Below, piece by piece: positions 49,301-60,616 of a stretch of 64,000 nucleotides of DNA (position 1 is the stretch's first letter; each line of letters starts with the position of its first letter). The stretch is taken from contig MU004231.1 in NCBI GenBank assembly GCA_010405405.1, positions 1,104,153 through 1,168,152 on the forward strand. The letters are read 5' to 3'. Under the pieces are notes generated by a model. It was not told the DNA's origin. It ran no database searches and worked only from the letters and a program-made list of their open reading frames with translations. The DNA is from Microthyrium microscopicum (Eukaryota). Position numbers and translations under genes: made by a program.

Positions 49301-49968
49301 CGAGCGGAAGAATACACAATCGCCAGGGTCAGGGCCCAGTCTAGTACTCTGGTTCCTGGCGAAGAGTATTCATACCAGTCCACCTTCCACAGCTGTCTGG
49401 CAAAATGGTACAGATGATTCCTGTTTGCGTACCGTCGTGCTCGTTTTCTCTCAGGCATCTTCAGCTCATCCTTCAAAGGGCCGTATATGAACTAAGTCTG
49501 GCGGTTAGCTACGGTGAATTAAGAGCTAGCAGTAGTCAAACATACCTGCGTAACCGACCTCTGTATGTGCTCCGATATTGGGTTGTCCTCATAGGCTCGT
49601 AGCCAGGCTCCGGTGAAGTTGTTCCAGTAGTTTCGAACACTTTCGACGCATGGAGGTATCCAGCCGTCCTCGTCCTCGTCTGTGTCGCTGTCGGGGTCAT
49701 CATATCCCCTCTGTCCGTCCATGCCGAGTGCCACATGCCTTATGAAGTCTTTCATCCATTTCAAGCTGTGGACTGAAACTGTCAGATTTAACTTCAAGTT
49801 GTCTTCCACAAACTGGTCCCAGAGAGCCAATTGTCTCCGATGATTTCGCTTTGTCCCATCTTCAAGGCCCTTCAGCACTGGCTTGTCGTTAACGATCCCT
49901 GTATCCTTTTGAGCGCCCCTCGCCCTCGCTCGAATGAAATGTGCTTCGGGATTCTTCCCTCTCGCCAT
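46382..49968 (-). CDS. Starship captain: DUF3435-type tyrosine recombinase with C2H2-like zinc fingers and a C-terminal chromodomain; 6 exons
   Basis: YSSARIGEYIES (catalytic R), KDAKNM, TIHDWRAEGL (HxxR) and RMGQAGQ..FHSSY (Tyr nucleophile); C-x2-C..H fingers. Introns ~49490-49545, 49183-49239, 49032-49081, 48638-48687 and 46681-46726 are all in frame. Chromodomain YKVEAIVGH..YRVKWHGW..NTWEP..NL. Confidence 0.88.
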
Positions 49969-50412
49969 TCTCTGGCCGGAGAAGAGATGTAATGATATTG
50001 AATAAGCTGCAAGCAAAGATGAATGGTGTAAGAATGTTCGATTGAACTTATGAAAGAGAATGAAGAGACACAGAGAATGAGAAGACCGGTTTGATATTCA
50101 AAACCCGCATCAACTGAACATGCTAGAGGGAAGGGGAGACTGGATTTCCTTGCTCAACATGAAATGAGTGACACGGAGAGGACGCCCTTATACATATGAT
50201 CCAACCACCATCATCCCATCCAGACAGCTATGCCCAAGGGGCCTCATCCTATTGCATCAGCAAGCCGCCGGCGGTGAATCACCTCCAGCCGCTCTATGAA
50301 GGGGATCCCGAAACTGGGACCCCCGACAGGGTCGCGTCGACTTGACATTTTTCTCATCGCATACTGCGTGGCTGCTTAGATGACGAGGGGCCCAGAACCG
50401 GGACCGCGAGTG

Positions 50413-50566
50413 TGAGACTGAGCGACAGCATGAGCAGCCTGAGGCAGCCAGATTCGAGCGTGAGCGACCATGATTGAGTTTGAGGTGGCCGTGAGCAAGC
50501 GTGAGTTAAGGCGGTGCAATCGTGAGCATAGTGAGCCGAGGTTGAGCCGAATAAGATTTTGCTGAG
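50413..50566. repeat. Array of 13 TGAG tetramers, mostly spaced in ~10-bp multiples
   Basis: TGAG starts at 50413, 50419, 50431, 50440, 50461, 50475, 50481, 50492, 50502, 50523, 50532, 50543 and 50563. Confidence 0.7.
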
Positions 50567-51026
50567 TCAACGTGGCTGTATCGACGACCCGAATTGGGAC
50601 GTGGGTGCGGGCACTTTGTCCCCGGTAATAGCAGCATATGTTTTCACTCACATTTTTCTGCTCATGGACACCGGAAAGAGCTACGGATTTTGAAAAGACT
50701 GATGAACAAGGGATCAAAACTGACAGCAACATCCGCACAATATCATTCCTCATCAAGGCTTTCAGACGAAGTAGGTGCTCTCTGATGATCATCAACTAAC
50801 AGACCAATGTAGTACAAGATTGGATAGTTTCTATACAGGGCTGTTGCATTGGAAGTTTGACTACTGAATGTAGTAAAGAACATAGCAGCTGTTCGAAAGA
50901 GCTGGTGGTCCCTGTCTCTGAACCATCCGCTCAGAGTATATAATCATCAGCTATCGTCGGTAGCAGAGATTTCAGTCAGCGGCAAAGATCTCAGTCGATG
51001 GCAGATCAAATTCATTCTCTTGAACC

Positions 51027-53246
51027 TTAAGAATGCGCATGACGAATGGCTACTCGCATGTGCCCTCTACCTTTTCGGTTTGCTCTGAAATAGAATGGTA
51101 TGAAGATGAGTTCCTGAGGTACTTTGTCATGAGTCGTGAGAAGCGTAGAGCGAAGAATAGCTGGGGAGGTCTGAATGGCTCTCAAATTAATACGACTGGC
51201 CGCGTTGGAGACTCGATAACCAATGAAAGATTCTCCGGTCTCTGAATCACTTATCTGGATCTCCTCCGGCTTCCAGTCCTTGTCATTCAAGACCAAGCTC
51301 TGATCAGTCAGTCAATACTAGCTGTCACATAACGATGTCACGGGGCAGATTACTTGCCTTGAAGTGATCATCAGTCCATGGATTATCCACATCCTCAATA
51401 CAATATACCAGTGGTCCACGAGCAAGAGTCACAGTGTCTTGATTTGTGTACGGATGTGGTCGAATCAAGCGATGGACCATTGGCAAATGCACAGTGAATT
51501 TTGCCACATCGCCCCCTGACTGAACAGGAATAGTAAAATAGCCAGACTTGGGTCTTTGCTCAGTCTTGAGATCGTCAGCCTGCTGAGCTGAAGTTAGCGC
51601 GCCTCAGATCTCATTCACCGATATGAAATTTTACCTCGTATTTCCATTCGGAAACGAAATCTGGAATTCTCAGGACAACTTTTGTTTCGATGTCTGCCTG
51701 TCCAATCAACTCAAATTTGAGCTCCCCTCTCCAAGGATATGTAGACTCCAACTTGAGTTTGATGTCTCTCCCGTCTGAGAGCCGGCATGTTAAGGTGCCA
51801 GATGCGTACATGTGAACCTTGATAAGAACGGATTTGGATAACACATCTTCTTCATAGTCCCACAAGTAGCCCCCGATCGAGCCAAGCAAGCGCGTAACAT
51901 TAGGAGGGCAACAAGCTACTTGAAACCAGTCAGCTCTTTCAGACAGATCTGTATCCGAGGATGCAAGCTGGTTTGTATACGAAAACTTGGTGCCATCGGC
52001 TGACATGCCGCCTAGTACGGTATTGTAGAAACAAAGCTCCATGATGTCGCCATATTTTCCGTTAAGATCAAGCTATTCAAAATTAGCATAGTTTCCGGTT
52101 TTGAATCGATGACTTTACTTGAAGTAGTCTATGAGCCAGCATCATCACGCCTATCGACGCGCAAGTTTCCCCGTAACATCCACCTTCATCTGTGCCATGC
52201 GGTAAGAGATAGTCTGGTCCAAAGCCTTCCCATTGCTTCACTGATCCTATGCCTCCAGTCATGTACATCTTCTTGTCCACCATGTTATCCCAAAGGCGTA
52301 GTAGTGAGACTTTGTAGTCTGCCATGTCTTTACTTTGCCGAACCAAGTCAGACGCAGCAGTGAGCAAGTACATGGCTCGGACACTATGTCCTTCAATTGT
52401 AGGTTGCTCAAGAATTGGCAGATGTGCTTGTTGATATCGGTACCTTGATTCTGTTGGGTAATATGTTGGCCATTCATATTGTCGTTCCCCTCTTTCCTCT
52501 CGTTCAACGTCGTAATAGTGTCTTCCACTTTGACCTGTGGGATTTCCTCGCTCTTGAATAAAGTACTTTGCGAGTTGTCGGTGCTTCTCGTCTCTGGTGA
52601 CTGCGTATAGTCGCAGCAGAGCAAACTCGATCTCTGGATGGCCAGGAAACCCATGCCTTTGATGATCTCCTGGTCCAAAAGTCTCGTGCAAAAGATCAAC
52701 ATACTTTAAAATTGGTTCTAAAAGGTCGTTATCGTTGTAGAGCTCATGGTATGCTACTGCAGCCTCAATCAAATGGCCAGCATTGTATCTTTATCAAGAA
52801 GTTAGCCCTCTGTCAAAAAGCCTGTCGACTACGACTGACAGCTCATGCATATCCCTCAAATTCGTGAAACGACCCTCCGGATCCACCACCGTGAAGTGAA
52901 TATTGAGGTAACCATCCGGCTGGCTAGCAGATCTAATCATCTGGACCAACTCTTTTATGGCGCCCTCAATCTCAGGATCTTTACTCTCGTGTAGGAAGTA
53001 GCAAGCACCCTCGATCCACTTAGCTATGTCGCTGTCCCAAAATAGATGCTTTGGTACTGGCCACGTGTCTGGTGGTTCGTTATAGATCGGGTGCCATTTG
53101 AGTTTGAAGGCATCGTAGCGACCAGTACTTTTTAGAGCTTCGAGCTGGTACTTGAGTGTTGACTTGCGTACGACTTCTCGTTTCCTACCAATGAAGCATG
53201 TTGGATCGAGGGCAGTATGAATGAATGTGGACTGAGGATACGCCAT
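51027..53246 (-). CDS. Glycoside hydrolase family 127 (non-reducing end beta-L-arabinofuranosidase-like), multi-exon
   Basis: FWDSDIAKWIEGA, HEL, PGHPEIE, EGHSVRAMY, YGETCASIG, ACCPPN and RGPLVYCIE motifs. Confidence 0.9.
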
Positions 53247-53713
53247 TTTGAAAGTTCGCTCACTGCTTGATCATGCGTTTGATTCGCCCCTGGTTTTGTG
53301 GCTGTCAAAAGTGGTCGCTCTTTGGACTCCTAAGATAACCTGATCAGCTTTCTATGACGTGCTATTTCTCTAAGCTCTTTCGGATATCGAGTAAGAGTCG
53401 TCAATACTATGCATCGAGAAGGAGAGTAAAGGCTTGGAAAAGCTAGAAGTTATGCAACCCCACAGAAGCCCGTGGCTCTACTGGGATCGTTCAAACATTT
53501 GGTGCTATGATCAATTAATAGTCAATACTTCTTTGTACTGTTCCCAGCAGCGAGAGGCTGCAATCGTATTTAGGGCAGCAAAGCGAGGCCCAAACCTCTT
53601 ATATTGCACTACAAGGTTCCTAATTCGGGCGAACCGAAATATCGGATATTAATTCTACACAACAACGTATAAGTCTACAGCAAACTCTAGTCCATTCAAG
53701 TCTTCGAATAAGT

Positions 53714-55673
53714 ATGTCAAATTTGTGAACGTCAAATCTGCAAGATGTGGTTCATTTCAACGTTCATTCCGCCAGATGATCGTAGAGCAGCACTGCTGCT
53801 ATATGGCTTGGTGTTAGCGACTTGCTTTAGTGGATATGATTCGGGGATTATGACAGTAGTAAGTGGTGCTATCTCTTTTCCAGCAATGTGCAGTACGCTG
53901 GCAGATTGATACCGCTCTGAAGCTTTTCTGATCAGGCAGTTGTAAAGTAGTGCTAGAACCACCACAGCATCCTTTGCAGCGACTTGACACTAACGGACTA
54001 GATTCTGGCAGATAAACAGTTCAAAGATTACTACCATGTTGACGCTCAAAAACTGGGCACAATTTCGATAATACCATGGGCTACGCAAGGGCTGGCACAG
54101 TTGTACATTGGGGGAACACTGTCCAGCCTGGTTGGACGATTATGGGCGATGCGATTATCAATGTAAGTTGAGGCAATAATCACAATTGGAATCCTGAGTC
54201 TAATTGGAAGTAGCTCTTTCATGATGATAGGCGTAGTCGTACAGTCAGTGCCAAATAATTACGCTGTCCTATTGGTAGGGCGCCTGCTGACGTTTGTATA
54301 CTCCGGCATATTGTGAGATCTCTGCTGAAAATAGCTAGTGGCCTCGGGGCCGGATGCTCGTTCATCGCGGCGAACCTTTGGCTGGCCGAAGCCTCACCTA
54401 CGAAGCTACGGGGCAGCTTCGTGGGGACCGTCACTCAGTTTGGCTATCAGCTGGGAACGTTGATCGCGTTTTGGGTCGGATATGGCATGAAAGACTATAC
54501 GAGTCCGTTTAACATCGCCTGGCGGGTAAGTAATCTAATTCAGATCCCAATTGGCCTGATTTTCATCGCCGTTTCTTTCTGGTATCCAGAAAGCCCGCGA
54601 TGGATTCTTGAAAGGCACCCCGATCAGCCGGAACACGCACTAAATCAGCTTGCGTATCTACGCGATGGTAGTCCAGAAGAAGAGAGGATCCAGATCGAGT
54701 TCCACGAGCTCGTTGCGAGCTACGAGTACCGGAAGAAATTCGACCCAGGATACATCGGGCTGTTCAAGAGCGCCGCTATGCGGAAAAGGCTGGCCTTTGG
54801 CGTGTACGCGACAGCTTTGCAGCAATTTGGTGGCATCGCAGCGGTGACCATGTACGCAGCTGTTATATACGAATCACTTGGTTGGAGCAATGGGAAGCAA
54901 GCGCTTGCTATCAATGGGATTCAATCGGTTTTGCAACTATTTGTCGTTCTCGTCAACACTTTCACCGTTGATAGATATGGGCGACGCCCACTTTTGCTTA
55001 CTGGCTTCAGCATTCAAACACTGGCCTTGCTTGTGATGGCAAGTCTAACGACGAGCCTTCCAAACAATGATAATCGTAGCGCAGCTGTGGCAGAAGTTGC
55101 CATGTTGTTCATTGTCGGTTTGACCTATTGTTGGTCGAACGGGCCTATAGCACCTACGATAGCTAGCGAAATCTTCCCCCAGCATGTTCGTGACAAGGCA
55201 TTCGGGCTGAGCCTCATGGGCCAAACAGTTTGTTTGATCGCATTGGTAAGTCTACATTCGAAAACAGGTCTTCGTACTGTGGCAGAGCTGCTTTATCTTG
55301 ACACGACACTAACAAAGTGTAGACCCAACCATGGCCGAAGCTGAATGAGGAGATCCATGGCAAAAGCTACTGGCTGCTCTTTACGCTGAATGCTGTCGCG
55401 CTGGTAAGTGATACTGCGGTATTTATGCCATCTCTCTGACTAAATGGGCAGATATCTGTATTTTTTATTATGCCCGAAACAAAGGGGATTTCGCTGGAGC
55501 GCATGGATGAACTGTTTGGGGGTGTCGATACTGTACAAGCGGGAGAACAACAGCAGGCAGCCGAAGGCACTGACCTCGACACGTACAAGCCAGAAATACG
55601 CCGGGTGGATAGCAAGGAGAAAGATCTCGATGTGAAGGCGAGCCCAGCTACGGTTCATGAAAAGGAGCATTAA
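53714..55673 (+). CDS. MFS sugar porter, multi-exon
   Basis: GYDSG, AEASPTKLRG, PESPRW, LQQFGG, DRYGRRPLL, SEIFP and PETKGISLE. Divergent from the GH127 gene. Confidence 0.9.
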
Positions 55674-56773
55674 AGAAGTGGACTGTTCGAATTGCCCAGC
55701 ATTGGTCGCAAATCTGTTGTAGATAGAAGGCCTTCGAATCGTAATACCAGATGTCGTGTTTGGCGCTGACTTGATGAGTGACATGCTCCCATCGCCTCTC
55801 ATGGGGACCACCAGCTCTACAAAATAAGAGATGCCAAGGTTTTGCATGTCTTCCGTGACATTGGATGACCTGTCATGCTATCGAAGCCCCAAGGCGAGTT
55901 AAACACTCGACAACAAAGCGTAATCGATGTTAGAGAACGCAGTCGACGGGAGCACGGCGGTTGTTTTCCCCTTGTGTTGGTATGCTACCATGAGATTTGT
56001 CTGCCGTCGCTCGCCGCACTTCGTTTCGGGTGCTTTCTAGAGCAACGGGATAATCCTTAGTATGTCAGGGTAGATGTGTGCTCTTTTTATGATGTGCGAT
56101 GGAAGTCATGGTCGCTGATGGGAGCGTATCGTTGGAGGTCTGATGATTGCTGTCTCTAGTCCGCAGAAATGACTTGCAAGGCGCGCTCCCATCAGCTTCG
56201 TTGGCTCCCATCAGCATGTTCTGCTATGAACTGCTTCGCTTCACACCGAGCGCGAAGCAAACGTTGTGTAATATGGACTACGATGGTGGTTGAAATATCT
56301 GAAAGGTGCGGTGGTAGACATCGCACTCGCTGGGAGCTCACCATTCCGACCTATTCCCTGCCAACAGCGCTGGACATATGCTGAACCCGAGCGATCTCAA
56401 CCTCATTGTCGATAATATTACCTCCAACATTGACTATGCGTTTGGTGAGAGTCTCATCCTCGTCACCATCGCCAATACCAAACACTGCGAAATTCTTGCA
56501 GTTTTGCAGGTGTCGGTTTAGAATCACGCTAAGTGCGCCCGCAACGGATTATCGTCCTCTATAGGAGATCTTGCGTATGAATTTGCTCAACCTCGGCTGA
56601 TTTACTCTATTCCGTATATGAAGAGTGTTGATGAACTTGTGTAGAAGGTTGACTAACAATCGTTATTCTTTGAAGCAGGTCAAAAGGTTCATTTCGGACG
56701 ACCAACGGTACCTAAGGTATTATTGCGCACAGTAGCCTAATGACAGTATGTACCTATGTAACGTTGGAATTCA

Positions 56774-58753
56774 TTATAACAAGCCTTGCTTCCTCAAATC
56801 ATTGTAGACCTTCTCCGGCATCTAGGCATCTTGTTAGCATACAGTTCTCCTGGCCATTGCAGTATTGGAAACACTGCTTCATTTCTCGAGAACCTATTCT
56901 GTCGCATTTCGGCAGAATAGGAACCCAAGGAATGTATAAAGGAAGTACATACGACATTTCCAGACTCATCCTCCATCTCCACGATTGCGCTGCTCTTTTG
57001 CTTCAACTTGCGCTCATCTGCTTGGATTTTTTTCCATAGCTTTTGAGCATCCTCGATGGAAGTAACCTCGCGGAACAGCGTCGTATTGCTAATACCGAGG
57101 GCTCGTAAGCCATGCAAATGTTTGGGCTCATTGAAATGTTTGTCGAAAGCTCTGCGACCAAAATAAACATGGCGTTTGGGTTGTTAGTTTAAGAAAATCA
57201 TAATGGGTGTTGCGTTAGCCAGCATAGCATTGAAACAGTTGATCATCTGCTGAAATGCCTTCAGATGCCCTTTCGCTACTATAGCATACCAGAAGAATAT
57301 TAAACTGCTCCAATGAGAATGATGGCTTTGCACGGGGAAATTCTTACTTTCCGCAGATCTCACAAGGAAATTCGACGCCCAATCCATGCAATTTGTAAAG
57401 CCTGACATTAGTTAGTATGCAATCGTTAAAGAATGACAAATTGTATCAGGAGATAATCCTCCTTGGCATTGCGAGTCTGCTTGGTGGCCATAGAACAGGA
57501 AAACTCACCAAAAGGGAATGGGTTTGCCTGACATCTGGTTAGCATATGTTCAATGAGCAAGGGGGGCTTGATCTCACCGTCCCAAGCAATCGGCAAGCGT
57601 AAAGGATTGTATATCTTTTCACCGCTGTCGGAATCGGACTCGTTCTCTTGGGCGGCACCGAGGGCCTCTTGGTCGCCTGCTAGGAGAGATTCGAGCTCTT
57701 GAGCTCTCTCTCGCTCCTGTATCAGTCAGTATCTGTTCTCATCATAGAGGTTGGAGGGCTGCCTACTGTCATTCCTTGTTTTCGTTCAACGTTCACACGT
57801 GTATCTGACCGCTCGTTACTCATCGTGGCAACCAGTTTTCGGATCCTGAACTCGCGTGATGCAGTCACTTTCTGTTTGAATTTTGATATCGATGAGCTGG
57901 AGCCCTTGGGCGCGCCGTTGCTCTTCTTGACCTCCGCTGCTCGAATATGTTTTTTCGAAGATAAGTGGTGCTCATATACGTTGGGGTTCTGAAATGATTT
58001 CTCACAAGCAGAGCAGAAGGTGCCGCTTTCCTCACTAGCTGCTGCACCATTTGCTCCTTTGTCTTTACCCCATCCCGGCACCTCGTCTTTCGCCCATGCG
58101 TCCTCGAAATCTGCATCAAACGCGGCAAAGAGCTTGTCTCGGTCCTCCAGAGGCCTAATTTTACCCAGGTAATCCTCGAGATATGTTAGGAGCGAGTGGA
58201 GATAGTTGAAGTAGTAGTCGTTGAGCTTATCTGCCTTCTTCACGGCTCCGAAGACATCAAATGCATCGAGGTACTGCAAGTATGTGATGCGCCGCGCATT
58301 TACGCCGGGAAGGTTGAGGTATTGTTCGTGTAGTTGAGTCAAGTCAAAGAAACGACCGTAACCCTCCTCACCCGAGAACATGGTATCAACTTCCATAGCC
58401 ACAGGCTCTCCATCTCCTACTGCTCTCCGTTTGTATGCTCGTTCTAGGTTCTCGACAGGTTCGCCTGGATAGCGCTTGTGAAAGTCCTTGATCTCGCTAT
58501 ATTGTTTGTAGAATTCTTCGAGGGGGTCGCCAGTAAACAGTTTTTGGACTTCTTCTTCGCGCGCAGAGTTGTCCTTGTAGAGTGTGAGAAGTCGCTTGGA
58601 TTGGTCTTGTATGCGCGAGGCAAATTTTGCGATCTGGTGGTCTCGACTTAGGCGTTCGCGAATTTGCTTCGGCTCTTCCTTGAGCCTATCTGCGATTGCC
58701 TGTTCCAATCGCTCTATGTCCTCGTGGAGAAAGCGCTGTTCTTCGACGACCAT
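56774..58753 (-). CDS. PRP9: Pre-mRNA splicing factor PRP9 / SF3A3
   Basis: EEQRFLHEDIERLEQ, FSGEEGYGRFFDL, matrin-type zinc finger, YNPLRLPIAWDG, HGLRALGI and C-terminal DLRKQGLL*. Confidence 0.92.
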
Positions 58754-59055
58754 GGTGAAGTATTTTGTTGATTTCTTGCTGAATAGATTGGTTGACAGGT
58801 AGGATGCGATAAAGGAAGTGGAAGCATTTAAATACTTTAAACTTTTGGAAGGGAAGGCGCCCTCGTAGTGCACGTGGTAGCCAATCACAGCGCACCTGCC
58901 TGAAACTACGCCCTTTCTCAATTCTCCACACCCAAGCTTCATCTCCGTCAACCAAACTTTTTCTAAGACACGACCTCATTGCATAGCTCCAACAAATCCA
59001 ACCTTCGATTACGCACAGACGATCCACTTAGCTAAATCCATCAACAACGCTCATC

Positions 59056-60349
59056 ATGGCGGAAGGAATCGATCGCAAGGCTGAAGAGAAGATGGAGTTC
59101 TCCACTTCGAAGGAAGTCACCGTTGCGCCCACTTTCGAGGCCATGCACTTGAAAGAAAATCTCTTGCGCGGTATCTATGCATATGGTTACGAATCTCCTT
59201 CAGCCGTACAGTCTCGCGCTATTGTTCAGATTTGCAAGGGTCGCGACACCATTGCTCAGGCCCAATCGGGAACTGGTAAAACTGCGACCTTTTCCATCTC
59301 GATTCTTCAAGTCATCGATACAGCTGTTCGTGAAACACAAGGTTTGTCATCTACCTTATCAACATCTCAAAGCTAACACTCCCATAGCTCTTGTCCTATC
59401 ACCTACCCGCGAACTTGCCACACAAATCCAGTCCGTTATCATGGCGCTAGGAGACTACATGAACGTTCAGTGCCATGCCTGTATTGGAGGTACAAATGTC
59501 GGAGAAGATATTCGCAAACTAGACTATGGCCAACATGTTGTCTCTGGTACACCCGGTCGTGTTGCAGACATGATCCGTCGCCGAAACCTTCGAACTCGAC
59601 ACATCAAAATGCTCGTCCTAGATGAAGCTGACGAGCTTCTTAACCGAGGTTTCAGAGAGCAAATCTACGACGTGTATCGCTATCTTCCACCTGCAACACA
59701 AGTTGTTGTGGTCTCGGCCACTCTTCCATATGATGTCTTGGATATGACCACCAAATTCATGACAGATCCTGTTCGCATTCTAGTCAAGCGTGATGAATTG
59801 ACCTTGGAAGGCCTCAAGCAATACTTTATCGCCGTCGAGAAGGAGGACTGGAAGTTCGACACTCTTTGCGATCTCTACGATACCTTGACAATCACCCAGG
59901 CCGTCATCTTCTGCAACACTCGTAGAAAGGTCGACTGGTTGACGGAGAAGATGAGAGACGCCAACTTCACGGTTTCTGCAATGCACGGAGAAATGCCACA
60001 AAAAGAGCGAGACAGCATCATGCAGGACTTCCGCCAGGGCAACTCGCGTGTCCTCATTTCTACGGACGTCTGGGCTCGTGGTATCGACGTTCAGCAAGTC
60101 TCTCTTGTCATCAACTATGACCTGCCCAGCAATCGTGAGAACTACATCCACCGAATAGGTCGGAGTGGTCGGTTCGGACGCAAGGGTGTTGCAATCAACT
60201 TCGTTACTAGCGAGGATGTTCGCATTCTGCGTGATATTGAATGTGAGTCATAATCAATCATCGCTTTGTATGCACTACTAACCTTTTTAGTGTATTATTC
60301 GACTCAGATTGATGAAATGCCAATGAATGTTGCAGATCTCATCGCCTAA
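59056..60349 (+). CDS. FAL1: ATP-dependent RNA helicase FAL1 / eIF4A-III; 3 exons
   Basis: [43 protein letters not shown] and the end [13 protein letters not shown]. Introns 59342-59387 and 60244-60290. Confidence 0.95.
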
Positions 60350-60616
60350 GCAGTTTGCTTGAATATTTACTAACAAGCTTTGTGTAAAGCTATATCAAGA
60401 ATCATGCCAAGTCAACAGGAGTTGACAAACTCAATGGCATGAAGGAAGCGGAGGAAGGGGTTTAAGTTGTTAAATTGGTATGTTCTCCAACAGTTCCATT
60501 ATTTTGACTTTATGCTAACTGGTAATGCTGGATAGAAATGCTATCAACCTATTCTCGAAAAATGTCCTCCTCATTTTCTTCATCAGAGATCGCTCTGGTG
60601 CAAAATATCATATTAT

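Larger units (their letters stand above)
1..50876 (-). mobile_element. Starship giant transposon, captain-proximal ~50 kb (distal end outside the window; proximal end approximate, somewhere in 50570-51000)
   Basis: DUF3435-like tyrosine recombinase is the first gene and points into a long run of accessory genes, metal-resistance cargo and RIP'd TEs. Ordinary-looking host genes (GH127, MFS, PRP9, FAL1) start at 51027. The boundary coordinate is only a candidate TTAC-N7-A site. Confidence 0.85.

Noticed and set aside
50376..50795. 139-aa minus-strand ORF upstream of the captain
   Set aside because: It has no domain signal and spans the TGAG array, so it is better explained as non-coding.
50017..51026. 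5S rRNA or tRNA as the Starship insertion target
   Set aside because: No recognisable 5S or tRNA sequence was seen upstream of the captain.
51027..55673. GH127 plus sugar porter as Starship cargo
   Set aside because: They lie upstream of the captain, lack the palindromic motif and adjoin conserved PRP9/FAL1, so they were treated as a host gene pair.
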